A stretch of 64,000 nucleotides of DNA from Botryllus schlosseri (lineage: Eukaryota), in NCBI GenBank assembly GCA_051294905.1, contig CM119372.1, positions 10,170,001 to 10,234,000 on the forward strand, in the 5' to 3' direction. Shown one piece after another: positions 36,481-49,700 of this stretch. Below the pieces are notes generated by a model that had not been told where the DNA came from, searched no databases, and saw only the letters and a list, made by a program, of their open reading frames with translations. The position numbers and the translations under genes were made by a program. Every line of letters begins with the position of its first letter. Within the stretch, counting starts at the first letter, position 1.

Positions 36481-39400
36481 CTGTCAGGTAGAAGTAGTTT
36501 AATCCTCCAATCAGAAAGATAGCCGGAGGAAATTCGGGGCTGTTTACAAGAAGAAATTTAATTTAATTTTCATAAAAATTAAGTAAAGCCCAGTATTTTC
36601 GTCGCGCTTCGCGCACAGTAGATATGGACTGACCAATATGATTTCACGAAAGTATCGGCGAATACAATTTACGTAGCGGGTTGCGACGTTGCGTGGTTTC
36701 GTTCACATCGCATTGTCGCCCATACGAAATATTTCACCGCAGTAAAGATGGCCCATCATAACGTCTGAAACTCTAGCATTTACTTATCCTATCATAATCT
36801 AGAAGCCCATGGCTGATGGTGTGTCCTAATCTGGAAAAGTGGACTCTGACTTATTTTTAGATTTAGACTTATCAGACCACCGTTGAAACTTTCCGCTTTT
36901 TAGAAGTAGCATTTCTTTTAATATCCAGTATCATATTTTGAGCTCTAATTAGTTTCGGTTCTTTTAACACCCTATCCGATACAACTTCTTCAATATGGGG
37001 GAAGGCCCCACGCTATGACATTTTATAAAACGGGCTGTTCGAGTAAACAGAGGATTAGTATAGAATTTCCATATCAATACCATCATTTTCATCCCATGAT
37101 GCGGACGAATGCTTATGCTGTCGAAGATTGATACCACCTACTGAGATGCATCAATATCAATCAATAAGCTCTGCACTGTTCGCCTAGCTCAATTTGCAGC
37201 TTTTGACAGTCCATGCGAATGAATTACGATCGCTTTCGCAACTACTTACTTACTTGAGTAGATTTTTCTTCGCTACTTCTACTTGAGTAGCATTCTTGAC
37301 TACTTTTATCACCTCTGCTCATATGTCATGCAACCGATGAGGGACCTACCTACAGTCCTACAGTTCCTAACCTTCAATATGGCTCCTTCTCCACTCTTTC
37401 TTGTGCTTTGTTCTTGTCCTGGTGGCGCTAGAGGTCATATTACCGTTCTTCCTCTCGCTTCGTTTAACGCGCGCACGCCTGGCGTGGTCGATAGAAAAAA
37501 GAGGACTGGAAGCGGAACGGTTTTTCTTGGTTACTGGCGCATTGTCAATCAGTCAGAATTTCTTTGTTGAATTGATCGGTTGATAATGATTAATTAGACG
37601 GCATTCGCTAATTGTAGTCTGGATATTAGGAGCACCGCTGTGGGTCTTGAATTTAGCGCATCAGTAACTTTCGTTCTTGTGTAGAAATTATCGTTGCTAA
37701 CTTTCGGTTATTTGGCGCGACGTTCACGGTTTTAACCTGAATATGTGTTGCCATGTCTATCTCAGATTTATATAAAAATCTGGTAGAACTATTTGTTATG
37801 CTGGGAGTAAGCAATCTGTTTTCACTGCTGATTCTAGTAGCCTAAATCTTGAAGTATATACCTACATCGCGTCGAACTCCATGTGAACTGCAATGAATAA
37901 CAATAGCTTGTCAAATAAGATCCGCACCTTGTAACTTTGTATTACATTTTATGCCGCTGCATATTTGGTCTAGATTTGCAGAGGTCGGTAGTAACATCTT
38001 GACCAATTGATGCAGAAAATACTCAAAATAGATCAACACTATCAAGTTTATGTTGAGTATTTTGTTGTTGTGTTCTTGAGTTCCGTTATCATCTGAATGC
38101 CTGAATAGTGGGTATTGTAACGGGATATTTCATGATCAACTTGGGTTCAACAGATCATGTGTTCAATATTGCTGATAAATTCTGCTCAAGGACTCGAAAC
38201 GAATGAGTTCTAAATGGATAATTTAGTTCTTGATATATTTTGAAATAAATTTGAAGAGCAAGACGCCTATTTATGGTTCGACTCAATGAAATTTCTGTTG
38301 TCGATAACTCCCTCGACAATTTTTATTCGGCAGCTGCTAAACCTGTTACTGTACGCAGGCGGCAGAGTATACCAATCGGGACACCAATTAGATAATAATC
38401 TTTAGCCTATGTTATATAGTTAGCGTGCTTCTCGCAATAGATTTTTTGTTAATACTGTCCTCAGTTCTGACTGATATGTAAGCTGGAAATCGAGTGGCCG
38501 CTTGTGAATAATTTATGCATCCTATATACTATCACATCAAATTACTATGCCCGGGTTCCTGGCACTGTTGCATGGTCCACCAATATCTTATTGTCACGCT
38601 GGAATTGTCTGCATCATCCTGGTCAATTGTCGTGGTGACCTGTTGGCCAGAGTGGAGTTGGTGGCAACGTCACGCAGAACTTTCTGTTTAATTGCTTGAT
38701 TACTCTATGCAGAAAAGCTCTCATCACACATGATTTATTTCCAAAAATGAACCGAGATTCCATAGGGGCCTGTTGGCTGTTGGTACGTAATTATTAGTGT
38801 TATAAAGTCCTGGTGGCACAAAGTGGAAATAATAGTTGTTTTTTGCAATAAGTTGCGCAAGACAAGGTTTTCTTCATTTTTTGCATATAATACATTATAG
38901 AGTGTTGCGCATGATGTTGCCACCAATTCGACTTGTGTGGCTATTATGACCTGTATTAGGCGCTGAAGACAAGACATGAGAATGACAAATGATATAAACA
39001 AGTACAATGCACTTTTAATAGCTGTAGTTTCAACAGTTGCCGCCGAAATCGGTACTTGGTAAATTTAGCGTAAGAAATTCAATAACTATTATTCTTGTGA
39101 AAACGATGCACCAACATTGTATTACTAAATTCGAAAATTTACCTTTCACTGAAACAGTGTGGATTGTGAAATACGGTACTTTGGTGTATTCGGCACTTTG
39201 CATGTATGTAATAATGTATTCGGGTTAGGATTAGGGGTCGTCAAGTGCCAAATTCACTGGTAACACTGGCCTTTAGCAAACCGTTTCTAACAAGTTCGGA
39301 TATCCTACTGCAGACTGGAAACAATGGTTGTTTTCGGCAATAAGTTGTGCGCGAAAGAGGGGTTCCTTGCATAGAATAACCAAGTGATTATGCAGGAAGT

Positions 39401-39556
39401 TGCACAATTCCACCCAGGGTTAATAACTGCCGACGTTTCCGTTCCGTAATGTGCACTCTTTCCATGTTTTCCTAGATCAACCACAACTATAAATTAACCT
39501 CGGCTCTGCGCAGTAGCATCCCCTGATTTTTCCGACCGGCGACTTATCTCCGAGCG

Positions 39557-40996
39557 ATGGTAAGAATGAATCACCAAAGTCCGAGCCCTTCTCAAGTCGG
39601 GCGGGAGTTCGTGCGCCAGTACTACTCCCTCCTCAACAAGGCCCCCGAGATACTGCACAGATTCTACGGCAGCAACTCCTCGTACGTGCATGGCGGTTTC
39701 TGCCACGGCGAGCCGGAAGAGGAAGTGGTCGGCCAGACTGCAATCCACAAGAAGATCTTGTCGCTGCAGTTCAAAGAGTGCCACACGAAAGTGTACCAGG
39801 TCGACGCGCACTCTACTATCGGAGAAGGCGTGGTGGTCCAGGTCATTGGCGAACTGTCCAACAATCGCAAGCCTCTGCGTCGGTTCATGCAGACTTTTGT
39901 GCTGGCACCGCAAGGAGACAACCCGTATAAGTTCTACGTACACAATGACGTGTTTCGGTATGAGGACGAGGTGTATCGGGATGAGACGCCGTCTGAGCGA
40001 CACGATGAGGAAGGTCAAGTGTCCGATGTAGAGGAGGACCACGACGACATGGACAGCAGGATGAACGCCATGAACCAGTCGCCGCAAATCGCGAACAAAG
40101 TGGACCAGCACTTGGACCCCGTGGCGAATTCTGATTCTCACCAATCACCGTCGCCACCCTCGCCTGTTAATGTTGTGTCTGACTCGCAACATTTTGAACC
40201 AATTCCGGACCAATCCCATACCGAACCTGAGCCACGGGTTGATTCGCCCGCCTACCCCACATCGAATGATGTGCAAGAGGCTGTGATTGACTCAAACGCG
40301 ATGGACTCGAAAGACGGCGTTGATGTCTCTGTCAAAGACGCGGAATCGTCACAGACTACGTCCTGGGCTGCTTTGGCATCCAAAAACACTCCGGCCCAGC
40401 ATAATTTCCAGCAGGGCACTGTGGTGAAGATGAATCAAGCCTACGAAAGGTACGAAAGTGGCGGGAATACAGACCAGCCGCACAAGCCAGGCCCGCAACG
40501 GGCGCCCCGGTCTCAACCCGCCCCGCCAAGGGATGAATCTGGTGACGGCAGTGGTGATGTGGGCGCCAGGCGCGGCACCCGTTACCCCGACAATCAGCAG
40601 ATTTTTGTCGGCAACTTGCCCTACGAAATCACCGAAAGCGATCTCCGTGAGCACTTTCAGCCGTACGGCGAGATTGTGGACGTGAGAATCAATCACTCAC
40701 ACACCAGCAACCCCAGTTTCGGGTTTGTGATCTTTGAAGAGCCCAAGTCTGTCGAGGAGGTTCTGCGTCAGATGCCTACTACGTTCAAGAACAACAAGAG
40801 GATTAACATCGAGGAGAAGAAGCAACGCGGGCTTAATCGCGACGGCAGGCGCGGTGGCGGCCCCGCCGGGGGCTGGGACCCGCGCAGAGACAACGTCGGC
40901 AGAGGGGGGCGTATGCAGGCCAGGGGCCCGCCGAGGAAAGACTGGGGCGGCTCGAAGGAAGGCCCGCGTTCTAATAATTACGGCCCGAGACGATGA
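39557..40996 (+). CDS. G3BP: Ras-GAP SH3-binding protein (G3BP/Rasputin), 479 aa, single coding exon
   Basis: NTF2-like domain (PSPSQVGREFVRQYYSLLNKAPEILHRFYG...RRFMQTFVLAPQG..KFYVHNDVFRY), acidic region, SWA motif, RRM (QQIFVGNLP; FGFVIF) and RGG-rich tail. Splice acceptor ttttcctag at about 39475 in the 5' UTR. Confidence 0.97.
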   Translation: MVRMNHQSPSPSQVGREFVRQYYSLLNKAPEILHRFYGSNSSYVHGGFCHGEPEEEVVGQTAIHKKILSLQFKECHTKVYQVDAHSTIGEGVVVQVIGELSNNRKPLRRFMQTFVLAPQGDNPYKFYVHNDVFRYEDEVYRDETPSERHDEEGQVSDVEEDHDDMDSRMNAMNQSPQIANKVDQHLDPVANSDSHQSPSPPSPVNVVSDSQHFEPIPDQSHTEPEPRVDSPAYPTSNDVQEAVIDSNAMDSKDGVDVSVKDAESSQTTSWAALASKNTPAQHNFQQGTVVKMNQAYERYESGGNTDQPHKPGPQRAPRSQPAPPRDESGDGSGDVGARRGTRYPDNQQIFVGNLPYEITESDLREHFQPYGEIVDVRINHSHTSNPSFGFVIFEEPKSVEEVLRQMPTTFKNNKRINIEEKKQRGLNRDGRRGGGPAGGWDPRRDNVGRGGRMQARGPPRKDWGGSKEGPRSNNYGPRR

Positions 40997-42368
40997 TCGC
41001 GCCGGCCGGGATCCTGCGAACTGACGACTGACTCTGGCCGGTTTTTTAAGCTCCACTTGTGTAGTTTGAGATCTCGCTGCGGTGTCTATCTCTCTGTGAT
41101 GGCGAGCTGAAATTTTTTCGTGTAACTTATATATTTTTCCGTCGACTAGTATCCGCTCTAGACCCTATTCGTTTTTGTACGCTGGTAGTGTTTTGAACTC
41201 GCGGCGCTGCACTATGACAGCGTGCCGTACCCGGGGTACGTTTAAGGCGGGGCACAATCGAGTACGCGTGTCGTTCAACTCCGAATCTGGTATTAATTAA
41301 TAATTAGCCTTGGAATCAAGTATGTCCTAATGTCATAAGAGTATGGTTCATACGGATGCTGCACAGCGTAAAGATTAATTTGGTATTTTATTCCTACTTT
41401 ATCGGACTTTGTGACGATACTGTGGGATGATCACGGCTTCTCGGAAATGTTATTTTCGTAAGGTGTGTGGTACCTTGCTGGATGATTTGGATGCAGTACG
41501 ATCGGTTAAGTTTCAGGGCTCCGGATTTAGGAAAAAAGGCACCGAAACTATAGTTCTCGATAATAATACAATTTTTAATGAAAAAAGTGGTGTAACATGT
41601 TGACTCTCATTACTCGACTCGGATGGTTAATTTAACACCTGATTCGGACTCGAGTTCTCGAATGATTGTGCCTAGCCTTAGTCGCTGTCACTCGAGACGT
41701 ACCACTTAATCTACGCGACTGTTAATTTTTATTGCGCCCGCTGCTCTCTATTTTTTATTTCTCCTTCCTAATTCTCTGTGATATCTTTCCCGTCTTGTCG
41801 GAATCTATCGAATAAATGCTCCGGCGGTAGGTCAGTTGAACTGCATGTGGGCGGTTTCTCACGGATCTCCCGGCGTATGGCAATTCATTCGTACCTAGTT
41901 TGTGTATTACGTCTGTGTACATTATGTGGATTTGAATTTCAATTACTCTTAGTCGCGAAATTGCTCTCTTCTCATTTTATCGTTAATTTCTTCTTTGTCT
42001 ACAACGCGCCGCGGCGATTTTGACTGTAAACGGCTGACCACACGACCTGGTGTTGCGTAACAAGCTGAAAATGGGTGGTATCGTAATTTTTACTGTTTTT
42101 TTTTACAACTCTGGCGTCCTGCCGTTGGAACTTGATTCACAATTTTTTGCACGAGGGCTTCGAAGTATTTCGGCACTGAATTGTGTATTAGCAACGTAGT
42201 AGTGTATTCGCTGTGGTCAAAATTGGGATGTCTTTGAGTCGGATGTCACCCTTTTTCATGCCTGAATTCTCTGTTGTGTCGCTCTGGAGATTCCGATGTT
42301 CTTGTTTCGAATGATGAGAAATATACCGTCTGAATTGTCTTTACTCGAATCGGTTAACAAATGGTTTA

Positions 42369-42391
42369 AATAAAAGATGTCTTTTTTGCAG
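42369..42391 (+). promoter_or_regulatory. AATAAA poly(A) signal followed by a pyrimidine tract and CAG acceptor abutting the GLMP ATG
   Basis: The sequence reads aataaaagatgtcttttttgcag|ATGtgg, with AATAAA at 42369-42374 and AG at 42390-42391. Confidence 0.55.
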
Positions 42392-45300
42392 ATGTGGTTT
42401 CGTTATCTAAATTTAGGCCTGATTTTGAGTTGTTGGCGGTTGGACGTTGCGTTCTCGTCAAAGGAGGATCTTACGAGAAAGGTATGGATTTGGATTAGGA
42501 GCAGTTGGATTTATGGCAGGTCGTTGACTGGATTGTAGATTGTACAGAGTAGATGGCTGAATTCACTTTTTGTCTGTGGTGCGCAAGGATTTTGTCGTAG
42601 TTACGGATGGATTTTGCTTGATTGAGAGAACATTTGGTATCACCGTGACTCTTCAGCGATTCGTCTGGTTTGCATGTCGGGCACGTCTTGCTAGTAAGGT
42701 GGTGTGGTCGTAAACAACTGCTAAACCTTCGTTTCTGTGTTTAATATTATTACCAGATTAGGTTACTTGAATGTTTTCATTTCTATTGTAGCATCAACCT
42801 AATTTTGTGATGTTTCGATGCTTAATAATAGTGCATAGGAAAGAGTCAGGTACAAATTCAATGATTACTGTTACCAATACAAATGATGCTTATTTTATCC
42901 ACACGAGACGTCCAATATGCAATGCGATGAACAGATAGGTAGATTTCAAAGTGACCATGTGTCGATCAACCATCTGGTGTACAGATGTTTCTCATATACT
43001 GATTACCAGTTTTGTTACTAAAATGATTATGGTACCTAATCAGAAAACGTAACTTTTATCGTTCTGTAGGAAAATGCCATGGTACGTTCCTGTACAGATA
43101 TCAACGAAATGTAGGACTCAGTACACTATGCTGGTTGATGAAAATGCATTTTTCATCTAATCGGGCCTGATCTGTCATGCTAATTTTAAAATGGTCCTGC
43201 TTTATAGGTTCTGTTACTGTATAATGCTGCGGAGATGAATATACCCTGACTGGCCTGACATGTGCTCGGTTGTTAAATTTTGTAGAATTCATCTGTCAGA
43301 GTATAATTGTGTCTTCTTTGCTTACATAGCAAGCAAGGTCTATAACCAAATACTCAAATTCTGTATCAAAACTTGTCTTGTTTGTAATAATCCATCTTTG
43401 AAGTGTTCCAGTCAAAATCTTATCCATCATCGCACCAGAATTTTTTTTTTAACACACTTCGTCAGTACAACTCAGTTAAAACAAATGGCTCAACTTTATG
43501 ATGCTCTGCACAAGTGAACCGATGAACTTATCAGCTCCATACATCAGAGTTCTAAAGTAACCATTTTGAAAAAATGATAAACATCTTTACATCAAATTCC
43601 AGGTGACTGTCACCCGCAACCCAGGATGCGACTTGAAAGAATGTCAAAATAATAGCACGATAAATTTAATTTACGGCAGAGCCCAGGTATTGTATACACT
43701 CAGTATGTGACTAATTATTATGAGTTGAAATATATTCCATTGGTGTTAAGGGACCGAATGATACTTTACATTATGTCATTTCAACTGTGGGACCTTCGAG
43801 CCCGACTATACTACTACTGAGATCACCAGATGCTACAGCTTCTTTACAAGTGAACTGGGCGAGATTCGTCAGCAATTCATCGCACGATTTCGCGGGAGCT
43901 GTCAGTTTGGTGTCAAGTCTTGGAAAGAGTGCGGTTGCCGATGTCGAGACAGTAATCGTTCTCAACCGCGTGAGTACAGTTATGTCCTGCTCGGTTCGAC
44001 CTACTTTTCTTTGTGATCTTGTTGAGGTAAAACACCCGTTGCACACTGTGAGGCTACCTTTTATTCCAAAATATGAATTAAAGTTTACATCCGTAGCTTG
44101 TCCAGCAACGCACTAGAAAGCAAATTTGTTCATGCGCCAATTTTGCCAGATAAATCTCTGCATTCACAAATCTTGATAGCCCAACAAATCAATAAATATT
44201 AGCCAACCGTCTTGGTCTTTATTCAGTGTTCATTATGGACCTGACTTTTCTGCAGAGAAACATGGGATAGCTTTCGGGGTTGTGGATGTGGTAATATGTA
44301 CCCCTCGACCATAGTAATTAGCAATATTCTACATAGGTCGAAGTGAATATATGTTCTTGTTCTAAATAGCATTAGACGTTAAATTCACCTGTCATAGCAT
44401 CCAAGTACAGACTGGTGGTCTGATGTGCTTTGCTATTGCTAGTGATAGAATTGTTTTCTATGGTACAGAAACAGACCTTGTAAATGAAGAATGTATAATG
44501 TTTGTATCTGCCCAAATGCCCACTACACTGCACTATACCTTTATGTGATGGTTTCGTCAGGAGATTTTATAAATTTGCCTCTATTGGAGACAGCAAGACA
44601 GTGACACATATTATCCGATAAACATCAGTTATGATCAATTCTCAACTGCATTGTCATTGCGATATAATATTTGCCTTGTTAGCTGTTGCTGTGTTACACT
44701 TTTTGCAGACCGGCAGAGATATTAACATGCATAGAAAGAGAGACTCATAGCTTTGACTTTTCCTATGTTTTCGATTAAGTGACTTCATTTCAGGTACTCC
44801 AATACAACGATAGTACAGACACAGCAGTATATAACGCCAATACAGAAATCCAGCCGCATATATCGCTGAATCGACTGATTTGGAATGTGACTACGTTGGA
44901 AAACACGACTCAGCTCTTGGTAAGATTCGTTAGGCTACCGGTACATCGCAATACCTCGCCAATTTACATTGTGCGATGGTGATTATTGCTCTGTACATTA
45001 ATATGGAAATCCATAGATGGGTTGTAAGTCATTTTCGCCGTTAATCGTCCCTTACAGGGTAAAGGTGTTGGTGAGGTGTCATTTTCTCCGAACAGCTCCA
45101 TTTCAATGAAATTTACACCTTATGGATGTCGAGGCCAGGCGAGCATACTGCCATCACTGCCGTTTAATGCCAACTCTTCTGGATGGGAGATAAATTTGGA
45201 TTCGCTTCTTACAAAACAAGCGGGATCTAGGTATTTATCCTGTTTTTCATGCTGTTGCCATTTTCTTGATTTTGCGAGATGGAAGGAATGTGTCTTTTCT

Positions 45301-47241
45301 TGTTGCGCAGATTGTCCGGCTGTTTTCACCCACATGTTACAGATTAAAGAGTAGTGACTTCTACCGAGCTGCATGTTCGAGAAAAACTTTTTCTGTTTAA
45401 CATTATAATGTCTAATTCCGACCTTTCTTTATATTTTTTCAGTATTATTTTATAAACGGATGCATTATTTAAATATCATTGTCACTTATCTAACTTTTTC
45501 CGGTAGAGAGTAACTAGATGTTCTATTCGCCGCATTTTCATCGCAAGAGGCACCACGCCTACTAAGCTGTAGCTGATAGGCCTTTGTGTAGCATGGAAGA
45601 TTGTTTGAGTGTTGTATCATTGGCAATTCTGCATTCCCAAATTAACTTCAAGGGCAAGTCTGCAGGAATATTAAGTCTCATCGAATGCCCTCAACTAGTC
45701 GGTCAAACTTTGCACTTGCTTGTTTTAGCCCACCTTCTACCAGAGTATCATCAGTGACTACTTTAACTACCTCTGGTTAGAATAATATATCTTGTTGAGC
45801 TAAATGATGGATCACAGCTCGGTATGATCGTGGAATTACGACGTCGGTCAATCTCCAGCAACCACACTTGCTGGTATGTTCTTTTTCAGATTTGCTATTG
45901 AGGCGCTGTTGCTTGGTGTTGAGACCAATACGTCGAAACTGTCTACGAAATCCATCGATGACGAATATGCGCCCGCCGCGTTCACCACAGATGAAATCCT
46001 ATGGAAGAAAAGCGCCGTGTCTACTTTTCAAAAGTGGAGAGCCGTAAGTTTTTTTTGCTGTGCTCGCGTTTTTGGACTGCTTCCGCTGGTCTTGCAAACC
46101 AGAGGTCCCGGGCACGATTCTCTGATGTCTGTCCACCAAAAAGTCAGCCGCCAGGGAGAAAACACGGACTGTTGTACCATGAATGAAACTGAAATACTCT
46201 CTCTCTCCCACTAGGAGATTTTCCATACCCATAATCAGAATTAACCAGTAAGTAAGTGCTTGTAATTTTTCGCCTCTCTTTCAGATATTTGCCTCGCGTT
46301 TGCGGTTTTGAACCGTTTCAACCTGAAATAGCTTGCCTGAGCACTGGTGACTTCCTCTACTCCGATTTGACTCGATTGTCTTTATTTCCAGGTCGGTTAC
46401 ACCACTTCGGAACACACTCGCAGTTCGGTGACTGACGTCAAATCGACCTCGCTTACCGCACTGAATGAGACTTCGGATCAAGTTAAAGGTCGGTAGTTAA
46501 TCATCAGTCACCTAATTTTAAAGACTTCTCATCAGTTGAACAGTACGATTCATTATTGATCTGAATGCCATTGCCGGTCGAAGGTCATCTGTTTTTACTG
46601 GGGCATCACGCATCAGTGAAAGAATTCTATGATGAGGCTACGATAGCCCTTGCTCAGCTCATGGTTATCTACCGTGTGGGCGTGGCATAGACACCCAAAA
46701 ATGGTTTATCAACGAATGGCCATTTTACTGTAGCCCAATTTTAAAATATTATATTGAATTGTATTGCTTTAGCCTTGAACCTCTCCGTGGTGTATTTCAG
46801 CTTACCATCAAATCCCAAACCCAAGATTAGCATTGGCGTGGGTTTACCAATTCGATAGTCACGTTGCGCGACCGTCTGCAATCTGCATGTTTCGTTTCAG
46901 GCATTCGCGCAAATAGACTTCTTGCGTCGTACTTCGGCTCGGAGAAATTGGCGGCGCTTAAAGTCGAGTCTGTGATATTCTCTTTCGGGCAACCGGAAGA
47001 CGGATTTTATGTCGCCAGCAATTTCACGAGCTGGACTTCCACCGTCGGATTTGGAGATCCGCCCACGGACCAGTTTTCCACTCTCGTGCTGTGCATGATC
47101 TTTATTGGTATCGGATGCCCGTTGTTGGTGATTCTTTTCGGCGGGTTGTACGTGATTTATGTCAGAATCAAAAGATCTGGCAACGCGTTCAGGGCGAAAC
47201 TCTTGCCCACCAACTACGACTATCAGCCGATCGAGAAGTGA
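42392..47241 (+). CDS. GLMP: Glycosylated lysosomal membrane protein (GLMP/NCU-G1/C1orf85-like), 8 exons, about 427 aa
   Basis: Exons 42392-42481, 43603-43686, 43751-43969, 44794-44919, 45058-45230, 45890-46043, 46392-46488, 46901-47241 (1284 nt, phase-consistent). Signal-peptide-like N-terminus, NDTLHYV, LQVNW, the hallmark SIDDEYAPAAF, KWRAVGY, many N-x-S/T sites, one TM helix and a C-terminal YQPI (YxxPhi) sorting motif. An alternative in-frame ATG lies at 42377. Confidence 0.92.
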
Positions 47242-47468
47242 ACGGTCTGCGGCGTTTTTCCTTGCGTTCATGTGCCTATCTTGTCATTTTTCTGATTGTC
47301 CCTTTTCAATGTGATCTCTCATGACTTATGCATTTTCCTCTTGTGTATCATTTATACCTCGAATTATTGTGATTTTACGGCGGCTCTTGTTTGCTACTTG
47401 CTGTTACTGTGCAGATTCAGGAACGGAAGGTCACTCGTTAGAACTGATAAAATATGATGTGGCTAGTT

Positions 47469-48664
47469 CAGGGGTTCTCAAAGGGTGGGCCACAGGAGCG
47501 TCTGAGGTGGGCCACAAAGCTATTTAGAAAATCTTAGAATTAATGTAAATGTAGTTATATTTGTTATGTTAATCGAATTATACGTGGGCTTACGTTTCAC
47601 CCAACTCTGATGAGACGTAGAGTCAAGTATGGAGTCAGCATGTACAAGTCCAAAACGGGAGGGAGAAACGGTGGCGTTTTCCACTGGCTATGGCAACGTA
47701 CGGCTAACAGCAACTAAAATAATTTCGAGTATATAATAACTGGAAGGTAATGCTGAAGTGACCAAGTATTCTCGCAGGAGCTGGGGCATATGTCGTATGC
47801 CGTTGAAAGGGGTGTGCAATAAACTCGGAATGAAGAGTAATTGATGTATAGATTTACTGTAGGCTACTAAGGCAAGTCGTATTATTGTAAGATAAAATAG
47901 CCGTAATTGCAAATTATTCGCAACTCCTGGTGGAGGTATACCGCACCACCGCAACGAATTGTAATGGATTGGGGATTTAGCGGAGCGCATTAATATTTGG
48001 ATTCGGTTTAAAATGTCCGCCCTGATATCATGGTACATAATGTAAGAATCACATGAATTGATTGTATAATTGGATCGAATATTCTGACATCGCAACTTCA
48101 GTAGGTTTGGTACAAGATGTGTTACTGCATGCATATTAAAAAAATATTTCCCTACTTCCCTGCAGTACCCCATTCACCAATGAATTGTTTGAAGCTGACC
48201 CAGAATGATTATATTATTTCCCACAATAGTGGAACTAAAATCCCAATCACAGAGTTGATGCGGGAATTTGATCATTGTGTTTCGCAATGCGAATGGACCA
48301 GCGGACGATCAAAATATACACAAGAGTTTCAGCCTATGATCTAGCAAGGCCGTAACTGCAGCAGCCATACCCTCGATTGCAGGACCTCGAAGGGCCCAAG
48401 ATTATTTCGTTGGTCGTTTGTTGGAGGATATTTATTCGACTTGAAAATTTTTGTCGCGCTTCGCGCGATTGAATGGGCCGAAAGATCTACATTTGAATAT
48501 TATCAGTAAAAGAGAAAAATGTGCATATTATAGAGAAATAGGCATATCGGCGCAGTCGATTACCACGCATTGAACAGGATTATGACTCCAATATAAGAGG
48601 TGGGCCACAGCGCATATTCAAACCGGAAAAGGGGCCACGGCCAAGAAAGGTCTGAGAACCCCTG
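47469..48664. mobile_element. hAT (Charlie-like) non-autonomous element
   Basis: TIRs caggggttctca...tgagaacccctg; perfect TSD ggctagtt; gggccac subterminal motifs. Confidence 0.92.
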
Positions 48665-48821
48665 GGCTAGTTGAAGTGAAAGAGAACAGGACTTTCCGCC
48701 GACATTGTCAGGTAATTTCAAACCGAAATCTGTAGGGTCCACCCCGAAAAGCCCAGGTCCTTACTGCAGTGCACGTCACATGTCGGCCTTATCTTGTGTT
48801 TTAGATCTTGGTATGTCCCGG

Positions 48822-49170
48822 CCAGAGGTGGTCAAAGTAGTCAAGATAGCTAATCAAGTAGAAGTAGAAGTAGCGACGAAAAAGCTACTCAAGTACGAGT
48901 AGAAGTACTTCTTTCATAAGCAACTTAAAACTACTTGAAGTAGAAGTCGAATTTACTGACTTCAAAAGTACTCAAGTTAGTAAGTAGTTGTGAAAACGAT
49001 CCTAATTCGTTCACATGGATTGTAAAAAGGTGCAAATTAAGCTCTGCAAAAGGTGACGAGCTTGATTCATATTGATGCATACCAGCAGGTATCCAATTTT
49101 CGATAGCATAAGCATTCGTCCACATCATAGGATGAAAACGATAGTATTATTATGGAAATGCGATACTTAT
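48822..49170 (+). mobile_element. CAGAGGTGGTCAAAGTAGTC-family repeat
   Basis: Closely similar to 14968-15310. The element may extend to about 49660. Confidence 0.7.
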
Positions 49171-49700
49171 CATCTGCTTTCTCGAATCTGGCCCTTCAAA
49201 ATAAGGACAAATCTTAGAAATAAGGACGGTATGGCAACCCTGTATATATGTATATATATTAATCTAATGGTTTCAGCCAACATGCGGATGTCATTTTCGA
49301 CCAAAGCTTTATTTGGTAAACACACTTCGTGAAGTCGCATGTGGGCCGAAACTCCAGATGTCTTGGTGTGTCGCGGAGAGGTTATGGCAGGCACTGAAAT
49401 GCCTATTTTTAAAGAAATGACACGTACTTTTAGTACTAAATAGACGAAATGTACAGGTACGAAACGATTTCGTGAATCCTCCATCATATGCACCTTTCGA
49501 AACTGCTTACTTGAATACTTTACGGATATTTCACTACCTATACTGCCGCTGGAAATATTTTTCAGATACCTTGCAAAACACTTCTTCTACTATTCTAAAA
49601 ATTCAAGTGGTCCCTTCTACTTGTACTTGGGTAGCAACGCTGTCTGTATGATCACCTTTTCCTTTAACCATTTTGTATTGTATTCGGACATGATGCTTAG

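Noticed and set aside
39494..40144. 216-aa antisense ORF and other ORFs overlapping G3BP
   Set aside because: These are shadow frames of a GC3-rich CDS, with no recognisable motifs.
46044..46214. Read-through extension of the GLMP exon in ORF 45876-46214
   Set aside because: A strong donor gcc|gtaagt and exon 46392-46488 (WRA-VGY) fit the family motif better.
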